Origin: an uncultured Gemmatimonadales bacterium
GTDB taxonomy: Bacteria > Gemmatimonadota > Gemmatimonadetes > Longimicrobiales > RSA9
Direction: 5' to 3'
DNA: 64,000 bases
Assembly: GCA_963798085.1 (NCBI GenBank)
Contig: CAWCRS010000005.1
Location: 32,001-96,000 of the forward strand
Both the position numbers and the translations under genes were made by a program. Positions 32,808 to 43,031 of the stretch are shown here, piece by piece (position 1 is the first letter of the stretch; the number at the start of each line of letters is the position of its first letter). The notes under the pieces are model-generated. The model made no database searches, had not been told where the DNA came from, and was given only the letters and a program-made list of their open reading frames with translations.

Positions 32808-33557
32808 ATGAAGCGAGTCCTGTTCGCGACCCTCGCAGTGGTCGCGTTTTGCCCGGCGCTGGCGCAGGCGCAGTTCCAGCCCGATTTCGGAAAGCCCTCG
32901 TACGGCCCCCGCTTCCGCATCATGCCCTTCTTCGGCATCGCGGCGCCCACCCGCCGGCACGAGCGCTGGCAGGTGGCGGGTCCGTCCGGCACGGTCACCG
33001 GCAACTTCAATGTGGATCTGGCGGCGGGTCCGCTCGGCGGTGTCTCGTTCGAGTACCGCGCGCTGGACCGTTTCGCCATTGTCGCGTCCGGCAGCTACCT
33101 GTCCCGTGGACGCACCACGGAAGTCACACTCGCGGACGATCGCCAGTATCAGCACGAGGGCAGCAACTTTCTGCTGACCAAGGTGGCGCTGGCGCTGCAC
33201 CTGAACGAGCAGACCTCCGAGCTGCAAATGCACAGCCTCTCGGCCACGATCTTCGTGGGCCCGTCGTTCATTCACGAAATGCCCAAGAACGACGTGCTGG
33301 CGGATGCCGCACTGCTGCAGCCGCTGACCTATTACGGCGCCGACTTCGGTCTGGATACGGAAGTGCCGCTGCCGTGGAGCGGCCTCACCTTCCAGGCGGG
33401 CATCGAGGACTTCCTCGTGATGTGGGACAACGCCGAGCTGGCGCGCCGCAACGATCAGGTGTTCGCGAAAAACGGTCTGCAGACGCAGTCCTACGTCGAG
33501 ACCGATGCATCGCACAACCTGGTATTCCGCGCGGGGCTGGCGATCCGCTTCCACTAA
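32808..33557 (+). CDS. Putative outer-membrane beta-barrel protein
   Basis: Signal peptide, amphipathic beta strands, C-terminal LVFRAGLAIRFH. Confidence 0.6.
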   Translation: MKRVLFATLAVVAFCPALAQAQFQPDFGKPSYGPRFRIMPFFGIAAPTRRHERWQVAGPSGTVTGNFNVDLAAGPLGGVSFEYRALDRFAIVASGSYLSRGRTTEVTLADDRQYQHEGSNFLLTKVALALHLNEQTSELQMHSLSATIFVGPSFIHEMPKNDVLADAALLQPLTYYGADFGLDTEVPLPWSGLTFQAGIEDFLVMWDNAELARRNDQVFAKNGLQTQSYVETDASHNLVFRAGLAIRFH

Positions 33558-33582
33558 CACGCTGTCTGCAGTACCGACGGAA

Positions 33583-33620
33583 CGGGCGGCCCTGCCGGAC
33601 GGGGTCGCCCGCTTCGCGTT
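33583..33620 (+). terminator. Putative intrinsic terminator
   Basis: CGGGCGGCCCTG-CCGGA-CGGGGTCGCCCG followed by a weak T-tract. Confidence 0.45.
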
Positions 33621-33685
33621 TCCACACCACGCCCCGGGCCGGTGCCGCGGCGGCCCAGCACGGCCGAGCCCGATCGGCCGCTCGC

Positions 33686-34348
33686 CTACAATGGCTCGAT
33701 GCAGGCCGGTGTGTCGTTGGCGGCGTTGTTGACCGCAGCCGAAACCGCGTACGCGGTGAGGTCGTCGCCCGTGTACGGATGCAGCAGGCGACGAAGCTCT
33801 TCCACGTCCGCGGCGGGATCCAGCCAGCGCTCGCGCTCTGCCGGCGTGAGCATCACGGGCATGCGATCGTGCACCGGTGCGACCACGGGGTTGGCATCGG
33901 TGGTCACAATGGCACAGCTGTAGAGCGGCTCGGCTGCCTCGCCCTGCCAGCGTTCCCAGAGGCCGGCGAAGGCGAACAGCCTGTTATCATTCAGGTGGAA
34001 GCGGAAGGGCTGGCTGCGGCCCTCCGCGCGGCGCCACTCGTAGAAACCGTCGGCCACGATGAGGCAGCGGCGCTGCTGGAAGGCCTCGCGGAAGACGCGG
34101 CGCAGCAGCAGGGTTTCGGCGCGCGCGTTGATGGTGTGCTGCACGCGCTTCGGGTCTTCCGCCCACCAGGGCACGAGACCCCAGCGCAGGAACGAGAGCT
34201 TGCGCTCGCCCTTCGCATCCTGGCCTGCCACGGGCACGGACTGGCTGGGCGCAATGTTGTAATGCGGCTGATAGTCGGGCGGCACTTCCACGCCAAACTC
34301 ATCGGCGATCTCACTGGCGTCACTGGTGAGCGTGTAGCGGCCGCACAT
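33686..34348 (-). CDS. SOS response-associated peptidase (SRAP, YedK/HMCES family)
   Basis: N-terminal MCGRY, YNIAPSQ, INARAET, ADGFYEW, HDRMPV. Confidence 0.95.
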   Translation of the reverse strand: MCGRYTLTSDASEIADEFGVEVPPDYQPHYNIAPSQSVPVAGQDAKGERKLSFLRWGLVPWWAEDPKRVQHTINARAETLLLRRVFREAFQQRRCLIVADGFYEWRRAEGRSQPFRFHLNDNRLFAFAGLWERWQGEAAEPLYSCAIVTTDANPVVAPVHDRMPVMLTPAERERWLDPAADVEELRRLLHPYTGDDLTAYAVSAAVNNAANDTPACIEPL

Positions 34349-34366
34349 GTCGTTTCCCCATGGAGC

Positions 34367-34402
34367 GCGAGGCACGAAGGGCGGCTGCCCCTCGTGCCTC
34401 GC
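34367..34402. terminator. Long hairpin after the M14 peptidase gene
   Basis: GCGAGGCACGA-AGGGC-GGCT-GCCCC-TCGTGCCTCGC. Confidence 0.5.
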
Positions 34403-34424
34403 CGTTAGCAGCGGGTGCGGCGAA

Positions 34425-37265
34425 TCAGCGCATCGTCGCGGACGCCGCCGGCCCGTAGTAGATGCCGTTGAAGAGCAGCTTGAACGTGCCGTGCGGCTGA
34501 CCGCGGAACAGGATCTCGGGCGTGTAGAGGTACAGGTGCCCCTTGCCCACGGCGGCCTCGGCGGCAATCACACCCCCATCGAGGTAGGTCTCTCCCAGCG
34601 CCCAGCCGCTGTGCAGCGGGTGCGGATTGTCGAACCACGCCACGGCCTTCACACCACCCAGCTCGGCTCCGGGCGGCAGCTGCAGCAGTGGGCTGCTGTC
34701 GAAGAAGAAGTCCGTGTGCTCCGCCAGTCCGGCCGCTGCCGGCTGGCTCTGATCGACGCGTGCGGTGAGCACTGACCCCGGCACGTAGAACTTCGTGCGT
34801 GGCAGACTGCGCTCCTCGCCGTTGACGACTTCCACCAGATGATCCTTGACGGGCAGGCCGAGGTGTGTTGCCAGCGATGTCGAGCTGCCAATCGTGATGA
34901 CGGTACCGCCCGCATCGAGGAACGCCTTGATCTGCGGTATGGAGCGGTCCGCCGTGATGTTGCCCACCCAGCCGCGGAACTCGGCCGGCAGCGACGTCGT
35001 GTCAGGCCCGCCGAAGCCACCGCCGCCACCGCCGCCACGACCCCCGCGTCCGCCACCGCCGGCGGCCGGAATCATGCCGTCGACGAAGACGAGCACGTCG
35101 TATTTGCTGCGCAGGTTCCCGGCATCGATGGTCTGGGGATAGATCACCTCGAAGGGGAACTCGAACTGCTCGAACTCGAAGCGCGTCCAGCCCGATGGCA
35201 TGGAGCCGCCGTAGCGATCGAGCAGGCCGATGCGGACGGGTTGCAGCTTGAGTGCGCTGCCCGCTTTGGTGCCGGTGGCTTCGAAGACCAGGCCTTTCTG
35301 TTTCGCCAGATCATCGAGCAGCGGGCGTACACCGCCGGCCGCAGGAATGTAGAACGTGCCTGCGGGCCAGGTGTGGCCGTTGGCCGTGAAGGGGGCCTGC
35401 AGCCAGTACACATCCTTCTTCGCCTTCAGCAGCCGGTTCACGGCGACAAACGCGTCGTTCACCTCATGGCTGAGCAGGAATCCCGCGTTGCCGGAACCGG
35501 CTACACGCCCGGGCGGCGGCGCCACATCGGGGCCGGGAATCATCTCGACGGGTGCGTCGAAGCCTTCCACGATGCGATCGAACTGTACGCCCATGGTGAA
35601 GGCCAGCGTATAGCCCGCATTGTCGTAGGGCGGAATGGGCGGACCGCCGGGATACGCGAGATCGTTCGGGTGATCCTGCGGCTCGAACATGTCGATGACG
35701 TGCGCGCGGAACGGCTGCGCCGCCTTCACCACATAGGAGCCGGCGGGATACGTCTTGCCGTTCACCTGGAAATCGCGCGTTGCGCGACCCACCTGTACGC
35801 CACCACGCGTGAGCGCCTGCACGAATTTCGTGGCCGTCAGGAAATCCGGCTGGCTGGACGGAAGGATGTAGCCGCGTGCATCGCGCAGCGAAGGATCGCG
35901 CATCATGCGTTCGAAGTCGGCGCGCGTGCCGCCGCCGCCTCGCCCGCCGCGGCCCCCACCGCCACCACCACCCACCTCATCAGCATCGGCGGCGGCGCCA
36001 CCGCCCCGCCTGCCCGGACCGGCGAGCTTCTCGGTCGCGGCCGCAATGCGGCTCGGCGTATCCGTCCAGTGGTCCCTGTTGCCGTTGTCGATGGCGCGCT
36101 TCGCCATCAGGTACATGTTGTAGAGGAACTCTTCCCTGCGCCGTGAAACGATGTCGAGCACGGCGCGATCCGCGGTGATCGAGTAGTCGACGGACTGCCG
36201 GAAGTGCCACGGTTGGGGTTCGATCGGGAGCGGCAGATCGCTCTTGGAAAGCAGACGGTCGGGAATGAACGGAATCTGCTCGGGCGTGGGATTACCGATG
36301 GTCTCGGTGAGCAGGCCGATCATGTTGTGGAAGTAGGCCATGGTGCGCAGGCCGCCGTTCCACCAGGTCGAGTAGTTGGAGCCGGACCGCATGGTAACAC
36401 CGGGTTTGTGCTCGGTGACGAAGCGGTCGTGCATGGAGCCGCCCACGATCTCGAGACCCGTCTGGATGGCGGAATCGAAGTAGTAGTTGGGCGGATCGCG
36501 GAAGGGCGGCGAGAACATGACCGCGCCCGCCGGTCCCGTCTGGTGGTGATTGTAGACGACGACCGGGTACCACGTGCGGTACATCACCTGATTGTCGTTC
36601 TGCGTTTCCGGCAGATTCGCCATGTAGAAGTCGCGGTTGTCGTCGTGGCCCGCGTACTTCTCGTACAGCCGCGGAATTCCGTTGGTCGAGCGGCGCTGCG
36701 CATCCTGATTGCGCATGTACCAGTTGGAGACCAGCTCCATGCCATCGGGATTCACCTGCACGCAGAGGATGACGAGGTCATTGAGGAAGCGCAGGGTCTC
36801 CGGGTCGTCCATGCTGACCAGCTGATAGACGATCTCCATCAGCTGCTGCGCGCCCAGCACCTCGGTTGCGTGCAGGCCGCCATCGATCCAGACCACGGCC
36901 TTGGTGTCGTGCGCGAGCTGCCGGGCCTGGTCCTCGGTGAGGCCGTCGGCCATGGCAAGGCGTCGCTCGTTCGCCTTGAGGCGATCGAGATTGCGGATGT
37001 TCTCGGGCGACGAAATGATGGCCATGAGTTGCGGCCGGCCCTCGGCAGAGTGGCCGATCGTGTCGAGGACCATCCGATCGGATTCCTTGGCCAGCTTCTG
37101 CCAGTACGCGGTCAGATCCGTGTAGTTGGGCAGGACGTAGTCGGCCCCGATCTCGTGGCCGAACTGCTGCTGCGGCGAAGTGACGCGCGTCTGCGCGCTC
37201 GCGGCAGCCGTCGCGAGCAACGTCGTACACGTTGCGAGCAGGACTGCTCGAGCTCGTCCTCGCAT
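34425..37265 (-). CDS. Secreted M14-family zinc carboxypeptidase with a C-terminal GATase-like domain
   Basis: Signal peptide, GLHATE (HxxE), NPDG, GHDDNRD, NHHQ, SMPSGWTR. Confidence 0.9.
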   Translation of the reverse strand: MRGRARAVLLATCTTLLATAAASAQTRVTSPQQQFGHEIGADYVLPNYTDLTAYWQKLAKESDRMVLDTIGHSAEGRPQLMAIISSPENIRNLDRLKANERRLAMADGLTEDQARQLAHDTKAVVWIDGGLHATEVLGAQQLMEIVYQLVSMDDPETLRFLNDLVILCVQVNPDGMELVSNWYMRNQDAQRRSTNGIPRLYEKYAGHDDNRDFYMANLPETQNDNQVMYRTWYPVVVYNHHQTGPAGAVMFSPPFRDPPNYYFDSAIQTGLEIVGGSMHDRFVTEHKPGVTMRSGSNYSTWWNGGLRTMAYFHNMIGLLTETIGNPTPEQIPFIPDRLLSKSDLPLPIEPQPWHFRQSVDYSITADRAVLDIVSRRREEFLYNMYLMAKRAIDNGNRDHWTDTPSRIAAATEKLAGPGRRGGGAAADADEVGGGGGGGRGGRGGGGTRADFERMMRDPSLRDARGYILPSSQPDFLTATKFVQALTRGGVQVGRATRDFQVNGKTYPAGSYVVKAAQPFRAHVIDMFEPQDHPNDLAYPGGPPIPPYDNAGYTLAFTMGVQFDRIVEGFDAPVEMIPGPDVAPPPGRVAGSGNAGFLLSHEVNDAFVAVNRLLKAKKDVYWLQAPFTANGHTWPAGTFYIPAAGGVRPLLDDLAKQKGLVFEATGTKAGSALKLQPVRIGLLDRYGGSMPSGWTRFEFEQFEFPFEVIYPQTIDAGNLRSKYDVLVFVDGMIPAAGGGGRGGRGGGGGGGFGGPDTTSLPAEFRGWVGNITADRSIPQIKAFLDAGGTVITIGSSTSLATHLGLPVKDHLVEVVNGEERSLPRTKFYVPGSVLTARVDQSQPAAAGLAEHTDFFFDSSPLLQLPPGAELGGVKAVAWFDNPHPLHSGWALGETYLDGGVIAAEAAVGKGHLYLYTPEILFRGQPHGTFKLLFNGIYYGPAASATMR

Positions 37266-37473
37266 GAGACACCTCGGGGCTGACAGTTACGGGGGAATAG
37301 CGCACGGGCCCGGCCGACGAGCCCGCGTCAGAATAGCATCCACACCCGCGAGCGGCCAGCGCGTGCGCAGCGCAGTGTCGGCGCTGTCACATGCTGCGCC
37401 GCGGTTTGCGAGCACCGCCCGCGGCCTCTACGTTGCGCGCGCCGAACGCGTACGAACCTGGCGTGGAGGGGTT

Positions 37474-37866
37474 GTGGCTGATTTCGTCTTCCGGGCCCAC
37501 TCGGGCTGGCGTTACTGCGTGCTGCTGGCGGGCGCGCTGACCGTGCTGCTCGCGCTGCTTGCGCTGGCAGGCGGCTCACAGGGCCGGCTCGGCCGTGCGG
37601 CGCTGATCCTGTATCGCGTTTTCGTGGGCACACTCGACCTGCAGGTACTGCTCGGCATTCTCACGGTGGCACTGCGTCCGTTCCAGCCCGCGTTCATCGG
37701 ACACATCGTGATGGTGGTGCTGGGTGCGGTGGCCGCACACTACTTCGCGGTGCTCATCAAGAAGCGGGCGCCCGAACGCCGCGTGATCCTGGCCTTGTCT
37801 GGCGTGGTGATCGCGCTGGTGCTGATCGTGGGCGGGATCCGTGCGATCGGCCGGCGTATCGTCTGA
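37474..37866 (+). CDS. Small 4-TM membrane protein
   Basis: GGAGG RBS, HSGWRY, DLQVLLG, intramembrane His residues. Confidence 0.7.
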   Translation: MADFVFRAHSGWRYCVLLAGALTVLLALLALAGGSQGRLGRAALILYRVFVGTLDLQVLLGILTVALRPFQPAFIGHIVMVVLGAVAAHYFAVLIKKRAPERRVILALSGVVIALVLIVGGIRAIGRRIV

Positions 37867-37875
37867 TGCGCAGGG

Positions 37876-38847
37876 TCAGCCGATGGCCGCCGCCTGCTGC
37901 GAGCGCTGGAAGACGCGCAGCGAATCGAGGCCTGCAGCCTTGGCTTCGTAGAGCGCGGCATCAGCGGCTGCCAGCAGATCATCGGGCGCGCGCATACCGG
38001 GCCGGAAGCTGGCCAGGCCACAGGAAAGTGTGACGGCGCCAGTCGGCGGCTGCGATTCGCGGAGTCGGTTCTTGACGCGCTCGACGAAGACCAGCGCGCC
38101 CGCGATTTCCGACGATGACAGCACCGCCAGGAATTCCTCGCCGCCCCAGCGCCCGGAGATGTTCATGGCGCGCGTCTGTGTCGCCAGCGCCTGACCCACC
38201 GCGCGCAGCGCCTTGTCACCCGCCCCGTGACCGTGCCGGTCGTTGTACGCCTTGAAGCGATCGATATCGAAGAAAACCACCACCAGCGGCCTGCCTCGCC
38301 GGGCGGCCGCGAACTCGCGCTCCAGTATGAGCCGCACGTAGCGGCGGTTGGGCAGACTGGTCAGCTCGTCGGTCAGCGCCAGCTCTTCGGCGTGCATGCG
38401 TTCCGAGTGCAGCCGGTCGGAGAGTATGCCAATGCCGAGCGAGATGAGCACATACGAAATAATGACGGCGACGAGCAGCGACACATTCGGCACGCGGTAG
38501 CCGGACATGGCCAGTCCGAGCTGCACGGACACCATCAGCACCATGCCCGCGGCCAGGGTCATCGTGACGCCTCGCCAGCCGCGGAAATAAGCCAGCAGGA
38601 ATGCGGGCACGAGCAGCAGCAGCCACACGAGCAGCTCGTACTCCTCGGTGGCCTCGGGCATGACGACGCTGGCAATGACAGGGACGAGCAGAGCAACGGC
38701 GCTCAGGACGAACGCACGGCGAGGCATCGTGGGACGACCGAGATACCAGACCGGCCTGCGGCCGGCCGGCTCCGCGTGGAGCGGGCCAGCAGCGGGCAGC
38801 GGGTCCGCCGAAATAGACTCCATCACTGAATTTCCGGTATCAAGCAT
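37876..38847 (-). CDS. Membrane-bound diguanylate cyclase (GGDEF)
   Basis: About 4 TM, DELTSLPNRR, DIDRFKAYND, RWGGEEF; start uncertain. Confidence 0.92.
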   Translation of the reverse strand: MLDTGNSVMESISADPLPAAGPLHAEPAGRRPVWYLGRPTMPRRAFVLSAVALLVPVIASVVMPEATEEYELLVWLLLLVPAFLLAYFRGWRGVTMTLAAGMVLMVSVQLGLAMSGYRVPNVSLLVAVIISYVLISLGIGILSDRLHSERMHAEELALTDELTSLPNRRYVRLILEREFAAARRGRPLVVVFFDIDRFKAYNDRHGHGAGDKALRAVGQALATQTRAMNISGRWGGEEFLAVLSSSEIAGALVFVERVKNRLRESQPPTGAVTLSCGLASFRPGMRAPDDLLAAADAALYEAKAAGLDSLRVFQRSQQAAAIG

Positions 38848-39056
38848 ATCCGCGGCGCCGGGAGCACTCGACAGGACGCGCAAGTCGTCTGCGTGGCCGT
38901 TGCGCCTCGCTGGCGGCGTGTCTCTCGTCCCGGCGGCTACAGTCGCCTCTGGAAGGAAGTATCGCCCGGATCGAAGCCCCGGTTGAACGCGGGCGGCTGC
39001 CGTTCCGGCGGACTGCCCGCGACCGTACATTGCCGGGCCATGGGGGAAGGGCGCGA

Positions 39057-40253
39057 ATGAACGGCACGATCGTCTGCCTGGCGAGCTACGAGAAGGGCGC
39101 GGACCTGCTCCTCGCCTGCGCCGATCTGGGCATGCCGCCCGTACTGGTCACGGTCGAGAAGCTGAAGGATGCGGAGTGGCCGAGAGACCGTCTCGGCGGG
39201 TTCTACTGGCTGGCCGACTTTCACACCCGCGATCACGTGATCCATGCCGTGAGCTGGCTGGCGCGCAGCCAGCGCATTGCACGCATCGTCGCGCTCGACG
39301 AGTTCGACCTCGAGCTGGCCGCCGCGCTGCGCGAGCATCTGCGCGTGCCCGGCATGGGCGACACCGCGGTGCGCTATTTCCGCGACAAACTGGCCATGCG
39401 CCAGCGCGCCGCGGCCGCCGGCATGCGCGTGCCCCGCTTCACGGCGGTATTCAACGACGAGGATGTGCGAGCATTCGCCGGGCGAGTGGCGCCCCCGTGG
39501 CTGCTGAAGCCGCGGACCGAGGCAGCGGCCATCGGCATCCGCCGCATCACGGACGAGACCGCGCTGTGGGCGGAGCTGGAGCAGCTGGGCGACCGCCGCT
39601 CCTGGTTCCTGCTCGAGGAATACGTGGGCGGCGCGGTCTACCACGTCGATTCCATCGTGGCGCGCCGCAGCGTGACGTTCGCCATGGCCAGCCGCTACTC
39701 GACGCCGCCCTTCGATGTGGCCCACGGCGGCGGCATCTTCGCCAGCACCACGGTGACGCACGGCTCGGCGGACGAGAAGGCACTGCTCGAGCACAACACG
39801 AAGCTGGTCTCTGCCTTCGGCATCGTGGGCGGAGCGCTGCACACGGAATTCATCCGCAGCGATGCGGATGGCGGCTTTCTTTTTCTGGAAACAGCGGCGC
39901 GCGTGGGCGGAGCGCACATTGTCGAGATGGTCGAGGCGGCGACGGGCGTGAACCTGTGGCGCGAATGGGCGGCCGTGGAGGTAGCCAGCGCGCGCGGCCA
40001 GCCCTACACGCCGCCGCTCCCGCACACGGACCACGCGGGCCTGGTCCTCTCGCTGGCGCGCCAGGAGTGGCCGGACACATCCGCGTACGATGATCCGGAA
40101 ATCGTGTGGCGGATTCGACGCCGGCATCACGCCGGCCTGATCGTGTCGTCGCCGGACCCGGAGCGCGTAGGCGTGCTGCTCGAGGCCTACCGCGCGCGTT
40201 TCGCCGAGGATTTCCTGGCCACCATGCCTGCGCCCGACAAGCCCACCGCGTGA
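39057..40253 (+). CDS. ATP-grasp domain protein
   Basis: FRDKLAMR, PWLLKPR, LLEEYV, HTEFI, FLETAARVGG. Confidence 0.9.
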   Translation: MNGTIVCLASYEKGADLLLACADLGMPPVLVTVEKLKDAEWPRDRLGGFYWLADFHTRDHVIHAVSWLARSQRIARIVALDEFDLELAAALREHLRVPGMGDTAVRYFRDKLAMRQRAAAAGMRVPRFTAVFNDEDVRAFAGRVAPPWLLKPRTEAAAIGIRRITDETALWAELEQLGDRRSWFLLEEYVGGAVYHVDSIVARRSVTFAMASRYSTPPFDVAHGGGIFASTTVTHGSADEKALLEHNTKLVSAFGIVGGALHTEFIRSDADGGFLFLETAARVGGAHIVEMVEAATGVNLWREWAAVEVASARGQPYTPPLPHTDHAGLVLSLARQEWPDTSAYDDPEIVWRIRRRHHAGLIVSSPDPERVGVLLEAYRARFAEDFLATMPAPDKPTA

Positions 40254-41098
40254 ATCCGCGTACCAGCCACGCACTCACCGCACGCGCGTGGGTTCCCTAC
40301 GCCACGGCGGAGGACGGCCCGCTTGCCCATCTCGCGGACCGCGTGTACGTGTTGCGTGATCTGGCCAGCCCACAGCTGGGCAATCGGCGCGATATCGTGG
40401 TGCTGCTGCCGGCCGGCCATGACGCCGGCGGGCGGACGTACCCGGTCGTGTACATGCAGGATGGGCAGAACCTCTTCGACCCGGCCACCAGTTTCGCGAG
40501 CCCATGGCGAGCGGGCGAAGCGCTGGATGCGCTGCACGAGGAGGGGCTGGACGCGATCATCGTGGGCGTGCCCAACACGGGCGCGCAGCGTCTCGACGAA
40601 TACAGTCCATTCCGCGATGCGCGCGTGGGCGGCGGCCGCGGCGAGGCGTACGTGCGCTTCCTCAGCGACACGGTGAAGCCGGCGGTCGACGCAGCGTTCC
40701 CGACGCGCCGCGGACGTGAGGACACGTTCGTCGCCGGCTCTTCGATGGGCGGACTCATCAGCCTGTACGCAATCTGCGCGCACGGCGAGGTGTTCGGCGG
40801 CGCGGGAGCGCTCAGTCCGGCGCTCTGGTTCGCGCGCCGCGCGTTCTATCCGTGGCTGCGCAAACAGTCTGTCAGGGGCCGCGTGTCACTGCGCGCCGGT
40901 ACGGGCGAAGGACCCCTGCTGCTGGCGGATGTGGCGAGGCTGCGGGACATGCTGCTGGAGCGCGGGCTGCGGCTGGGCCGCGATCTCGATTGCCGCTTCG
41001 ACAGCGGCGGGCGGCATGACGAATCCTCGTGGAGCCGCCAGCTGCCCGGCGTGCTGCGCTTTCTGCTCAACGCGAACGGCGCGCCGCCTTCCGGCTGA
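40250..41098 (+). CDS. Alpha/beta-hydrolase, putative esterase
   Basis: YPVVYMQDGQNLFD, GSSMGG, GRHDESSW. Confidence 0.9.
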   Translation: MNPRTSHALTARAWVPYATAEDGPLAHLADRVYVLRDLASPQLGNRRDIVVLLPAGHDAGGRTYPVVYMQDGQNLFDPATSFASPWRAGEALDALHEEGLDAIIVGVPNTGAQRLDEYSPFRDARVGGGRGEAYVRFLSDTVKPAVDAAFPTRRGREDTFVAGSSMGGLISLYAICAHGEVFGGAGALSPALWFARRAFYPWLRKQSVRGRVSLRAGTGEGPLLLADVARLRDMLLERGLRLGRDLDCRFDSGGRHDESSWSRQLPGVLRFLLNANGAPPSG

Positions 41099-41861
41099 CA
41101 CTGCGCCGGTTGTCGGCGGCACAGGCATCGGCAAACGCTTCGAACAGCGCAGTCGACGACGCGCCACTCAACGCCTCCGGGTGCCATTGTACCGCCAGCG
41201 CGAAGCCATCCGCGCGTGACTCGACCGCTTCAATGAGGCCATCGGGCGCGTGCGCCGTTGCGTCCAGCCCGGCTGCCAGCGTGTGCACGCCCTGGTGGTG
41301 CATGCTGTTCACGCGAACCGCGCCGTCACCGAGCGCGCCGGCCAGACGCGAGCCGGACGCCACGTCGACGTCGTGCGCCAGGTAGTCGCGGGTAAAGCCC
41401 TGCATCGGGAAGTAGTCGTGCTTGATGGAGCCGGGATACTGCGCAGTCGTGTCCTGCCAGAGCGTGCCGCCCAGCGCCACATTGAGCACGTGCAGCCCGC
41501 GGCACACGCCCAGCAGCGGCTTGCCCTCGGCCGCGGCCCAGCGCGCCAGTCGCAGCTCCACACGATCCCTCGCCGCATCAATGTTGCCGCACAGCGTGCC
41601 CTTTTCCTGACCGTACTCCGCGGGATTCACGTCCACGCCCCCGGCGAGGAAAACACCATCCAGGCGATCGAAGATGGCGCGTATGATCAGCTCATCTTCC
41701 GCCAGCAGCGGCACCATCACCGGCACCAGTCCGGATGCGGCCAGCGTCGCGAAGTAGCGGTGACTCATCACCCAGGAATGCGGGATGCCTTCCGGAATCC
41801 CGTCCATGGCCTGCAGCGTCTGGCCGGGAACTCCCACGAGCAATCGCGTACTCTTTGCCAT
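41067..41861 (-). CDS. Gamma-glutamyl-gamma-aminobutyrate hydrolase-like protein (peptidase C26, class I GATase fold)
   Basis: LAGGVDV, GVCRG (catalytic Cys), NSMHHQ, VQWHPE. Confidence 0.92.
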   Translation of the reverse strand: MAKSTRLLVGVPGQTLQAMDGIPEGIPHSWVMSHRYFATLAASGLVPVMVPLLAEDELIIRAIFDRLDGVFLAGGVDVNPAEYGQEKGTLCGNIDAARDRVELRLARWAAAEGKPLLGVCRGLHVLNVALGGTLWQDTTAQYPGSIKHDYFPMQGFTRDYLAHDVDVASGSRLAGALGDGAVRVNSMHHQGVHTLAAGLDATAHAPDGLIEAVESRADGFALAVQWHPEALSGASSTALFEAFADACAADNRRSVSRKAARRSR

Positions 41862-41926
41862 GAATTCTTACTCTGTTGCGTACGCGGCCCGGGCGCGCTC
41901 TTCCTGCGCGAGTCGTGGTCCGCGCT

Positions 41927-43024
41927 TCATTCCTGGGTTTCCTGCACGAGCTGGTCCACCACGTCCTTCAGGTCGCCGGTGCGGTGGAATGTGGCCAGCT
42001 GGCGATCCGCACTGGAGCCCTCCTTCAGGATGCGATGGACGTACTCGACCTCGCTTCGGGTTCCCAGCTCGTCCACCACGTCGGCAATGAACCACTCGAC
42101 CAGCTCGAGGATCAGCTGGCGCGCGGGCAGCTCCTGCTGTTTGCCGAAGTCGATGAGCTGGCCGTCCAGGCCGTAACGCACGGCGCGCCACTTGTTCTCC
42201 TCGAGCAGGTCGGAGGAGTACACCCGGAACGTCGTGTTATCGCGCCGCATCTTCCACAGCTTGGCAATGATGGCCTGCAGGATGGCGGCCAGACAGACGG
42301 CTTCGTCCACGCGCGTGCAGATGTCGAGCACGCGGAACTCGAGCGTCGGATAGTGATGATGCGGCCGCACGTCCCACCAGATCTTCGAGCCGTCCGGTAT
42401 GGAGCGCGTGCGCACCAGGGTATCCTCCAGGTACTTGAAGTCGCCCCATGACTGGAACGGCCGCGGGATGCCGGTGCGCGGGAAGTTGCGGAAAATCACG
42501 CTGCGGTAACTCTTGAGCCCGGTCTCGCGGCCGATCCAGAAGGGCGAGCTGGAAGCCAGGCAGAGCAGGTGCGGCAGGAAGTAGCGCGCCACGTTCATGG
42601 CATCGATCATGAACTCGCGATCCTCGATGCCGATGTGGATGTGCGTGCCGAAGATCAGCAGCTGCTGCGCCAGCAGCTGCATGTCCTGCTTCACGCCCAT
42701 GTAGCGTTCCAGCGGTGTGATTTCCTGTGTGAGCCAGGAGGAGAAGGGGTGCGTGCCGGCGGCGGCCATGCGCAGATTCTTGCGCGCCGCCAGGCCGTGG
42801 ACCATGCGGCGCAGGCGACGCAGCTCCTGACCGGCTTCCGCCGGCGTCCGGCACACCGTGGTGCCCACTTCGACGATCGACTGATGCAGCTCCGGCTTCA
42901 CCTCGCGCAGAATCACATCATCTTCCTGCAGTATCTCCGTGATATAGGAACGCAGCTCCCGCGTCTCCGGGTCGATGATCTGATACTCTTCCTCGATGCC
43001 AATGGTGAGTGAAGGCGGCTCCAT
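41927..43024 (-). CDS. Carboxylate-amine ligase, YbdK/GCS2 family
   Basis: IGIEEEYQIID, GTHIHIG, WWDVRPH, LEFRVLD, ENKWRAVRYG. Confidence 0.93.
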   Translation of the reverse strand: MEPPSLTIGIEEEYQIIDPETRELRSYITEILQEDDVILREVKPELHQSIVEVGTTVCRTPAEAGQELRRLRRMVHGLAARKNLRMAAAGTHPFSSWLTQEITPLERYMGVKQDMQLLAQQLLIFGTHIHIGIEDREFMIDAMNVARYFLPHLLCLASSSPFWIGRETGLKSYRSVIFRNFPRTGIPRPFQSWGDFKYLEDTLVRTRSIPDGSKIWWDVRPHHHYPTLEFRVLDICTRVDEAVCLAAILQAIIAKLWKMRRDNTTFRVYSSDLLEENKWRAVRYGLDGQLIDFGKQQELPARQLILELVEWFIADVVDELGTRSEVEYVHRILKEGSSADRQLATFHRTGDLKDVVDQLVQETQE

Positions 43025-43031
43025 ACCCCTC

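Noticed and set aside
33686..34348. SRAP as part of a defence or mutagenesis cassette
   Set aside because: It stands alone, with no imuABC, dnaE2 or umuDC neighbours.
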